A stretch of DNA of 64,000 nucleotides from an uncultured Pelagibacteraceae bacterium. Its GTDB lineage: Bacteria > Pseudomonadota > Alphaproteobacteria > Pelagibacterales > AG-422-B15. The DNA lies in contig CACDOH010000001.1 in the NCBI GenBank assembly GCA_902554325.1, positions 68,135 through 132,134 on the forward strand. The letters run 5' to 3'. This document shows, piece by piece, positions 62,630 through 64,000 of this stretch; the first letter of the stretch is position 1; the number at the start of each line of letters is the position of its first letter. The notes under the pieces were generated by a model. It made no database searches and was not told where the DNA came from. It saw only the letters and a list, made by a program, of their open reading frames with translations. The translations under genes and the position numbers were made by a program.

Positions 62630-63460
62630 CTATGTGCTTTTTACAAAATATTTTTTATAATCTTTGTCGGGGTTAAAGCCAAAATCGGAACGTGGCAAGT
62701 TTTTGCCAGGTCTATAATAATTTGTAATAGAATGTCTATCTCCATCTTCAGCTGGAGATATACCGCAGTGAACACCCCAGGTGTCAAATAATATAAGAGC
62801 ACCCTTATTTGCAGTTATTTTTACCCAATTATTAATTAAGGGACCCAGTTCATTTCTAGTAAAATTAGTTGGATGAGGCTTAAAAGTATTATCAAAATCA
62901 TCTCCTACACTTGGCCCCCAATCAAATTCTTTTTTTCTTCTTAATTCAGTGTCTTTATGAGTACCAATAATATATGAATTAGGCCCATCATTAGAATTAA
63001 CATCATTTAAATACATCATTGCCTTGAACGTTGATGTTTCAAAAGTGTCAATATGGAATCCTCTTACTGGTATATGATAAAATTGATGTCTTTCATAAAC
63101 CTGAACATGGACTGAATATTCATTATTATTATTGTAGTATGCTTTTGCAATATTTTTTAAAAATTCGTCATTCTTAAGTATTGCTGCTTCATAATTAAAG
63201 CAATCAACATGGAAAACTCTTTTGTTTGCCGCTGCGCCTGTATTCTTATACACGTCAAATCTTCTGTAAGATCCATCTGGATAGTTTAGGTCCTCATCAA
63301 CTTCAGCTCTTTCAATGCATGATCGTCTAATCGAATCACACTTTTCTTGATCATAATAGTTCTCAATGAGACAAATTCCATTATCTCTCAAACATCCCAA
63401 AATTTTTTTTGTATCTTTTGGCTGTGTAATGGTATTTATTAGTTGATGGTTTTTACTCAT
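62630..63460 (-). CDS. PhyH-like Fe(II)/2-oxoglutarate dioxygenase
   Basis: Start re-assigned to ATG 63460 (MSKNHQ...). 'GFHIDTF' (HxD) and a distal 'WGVHCG' His. TAATG overlap with the upstream gene. Confidence 0.6.
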   Translation of the reverse strand: MSKNHQLINTITQPKDTKKILGCLRDNGICLIENYYDQEKCDSIRRSCIERAEVDEDLNYPDGSYRRFDVYKNTGAAANKRVFHVDCFNYEAAILKNDEFLKNIAKAYYNNNNEYSVHVQVYERHQFYHIPVRGFHIDTFETSTFKAMMYLNDVNSNDGPNSYIIGTHKDTELRRKKEFDWGPSVGDDFDNTFKPHPTNFTRNELGPLINNWVKITANKGALILFDTWGVHCGISPAEDGDRHSITNYYRPGKNLPRSDFGFNPDKDYKKYFVKST

Positions 63461-64000
63461 TACTGGGTCTCCCACAGTGCTTCAGCTATCTTAAAATCAT
63501 CTTCAGTATCAACATCTAATAATTCAATTTTGTTTGATACCTCATAAAATTGCACTTCTTCCCAGTCCCAATATCTTCCGTTTTCAAAAAAGTATTTCTT
63601 TTCAAAGAAATACATTGCATTGGCGAATTCATAAATTGGTTTTGTTTTTTTTGTATTAAGTGTTTTTAAATTTAAAGAAAAGTTAATCGGTAATTTGTCT
63701 TTATTAAAAAAATAATTATTTTTTTTAGAAATTACAGTTGCAGGTTTAAAGTTATTTTTTTTTATAAAATCTAAAAATTTTTTTATTGTACTAATCTTTA
63801 AATGTGGAAGGCACCCATTAATTAATAATAAATAATCATAATCAACTTCTTTTATAAAAGAAATACACTCGGTAATTGGGCCATCAATCTTTGTAGATTT
63901 TTCTGACCTTCTAATAAATTTAACATTTTTTTTAATGCATTTTTCACGAAATACATCCTCAAAGCCTCCAAAAAAACTTTGATCATTAAAATTCGATAAT
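63460..64000 (-). CDS. Cytidylyltransferase (CMP-sugar synthetase/CTP_transf_3-like), 5'-truncated by the window edge (not in the ORF track)
   Basis: Hand translation ends ...LLLINGCLPHLK...YEFANAMYFFEKKYF...ELLDVDTEDDFKIAEALWETQ*. The C-terminal 'D.DT.EDF..AE' is typical of the family. Confidence 0.6.
   Translation of the reverse strand, partial: LSNFNDQSFFGGFEDVFREKCIKKNVKFIRRSEKSTKIDGPITECISFIKEVDYDYLLLINGCLPHLKISTIKKFLDFIKKNNFKPATVISKKNNYFFNKDKLPINFSLNLKTLNTKKTKPIYEFANAMYFFEKKYFFENGRYWDWEEVQFYEVSNKIELLDVDTEDDFKIAEALWETQ

Overview
The window is a very AT-rich, tightly packed bacterial segment. Many genes abut or overlap by 1-8 nt. Gene content and order are alphaproteobacterial and look like a streamlined marine lineage (SAR11/Pelagibacterales-like); that assignment is my inference and has not been searched.

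Positions 1-37.6 kb are conserved core:
- rpoH, purA, glmM, folP, ftsH, tilS and cpoB-pal-tolB-tolA-tolR-tolQ, followed by a small Hjc/PDDEXK-like nuclease.
- yebC, ymdB-like, 5-formyl-THF cyclo-ligase and zapA.
- tkt-gap-pgk-fba(class I)-efp-suhB, then rpmE, ibpA, qor, DUF1013, purEK, rpsU and pntAA/AB/B.
- A hydrolase/FGase pair, rpmJ, tRNA-Val, DUF1329, hisN-like, SCP2, alkA-like, an acyltransferase and trhO.

From about 37.6 kb to the window edge the G+C drops visibly. The sequence there is a >26 kb, almost entirely minus-strand cell-surface glycan island:
- O-antigen-ligase/PglL-family protein, SET-domain protein and ugd.
- PglF/CapD-type dehydratase, PglC-type initiating transferase, five or six GT4 glycosyltransferases and a TviB/WbpO-type dehydrogenase with an AsnB-type amidotransferase.
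- EpsG/Wzy-like polymerase, three or four methyltransferases and two Gmd-type SDRs with an RmlC-like epimerase, a small cupin and a DegT aminotransferase.
- MsbA/PglK-like ABC exporter, PhyH-type dioxygenase and a truncated cytidylyltransferase.

Four genes are absent from the supplied ORF track and were found by hand:
- rpsU, which apparently starts at ATA.
- rpmJ.
- A 44-aa highly basic sORF translationally coupled to rpmJ.
- A 36-aa membrane sORF upstream of pntAA.

I also identified tRNA-Val(GAC) by hand. I saw no CRISPR array, transposase, integrase or recognisable defence system.

The most interesting items:
- The glycan island's GDP-sugar tailoring module and its possible ABC-flippase/PglL-type architecture.
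- The Hjc-like nuclease sitting in the ruvC(AB) slot.
- The non-canonical rpsU start.
- The sORF-rpmJ pair.

All family calls come from motif recognition by eye, not database searches.
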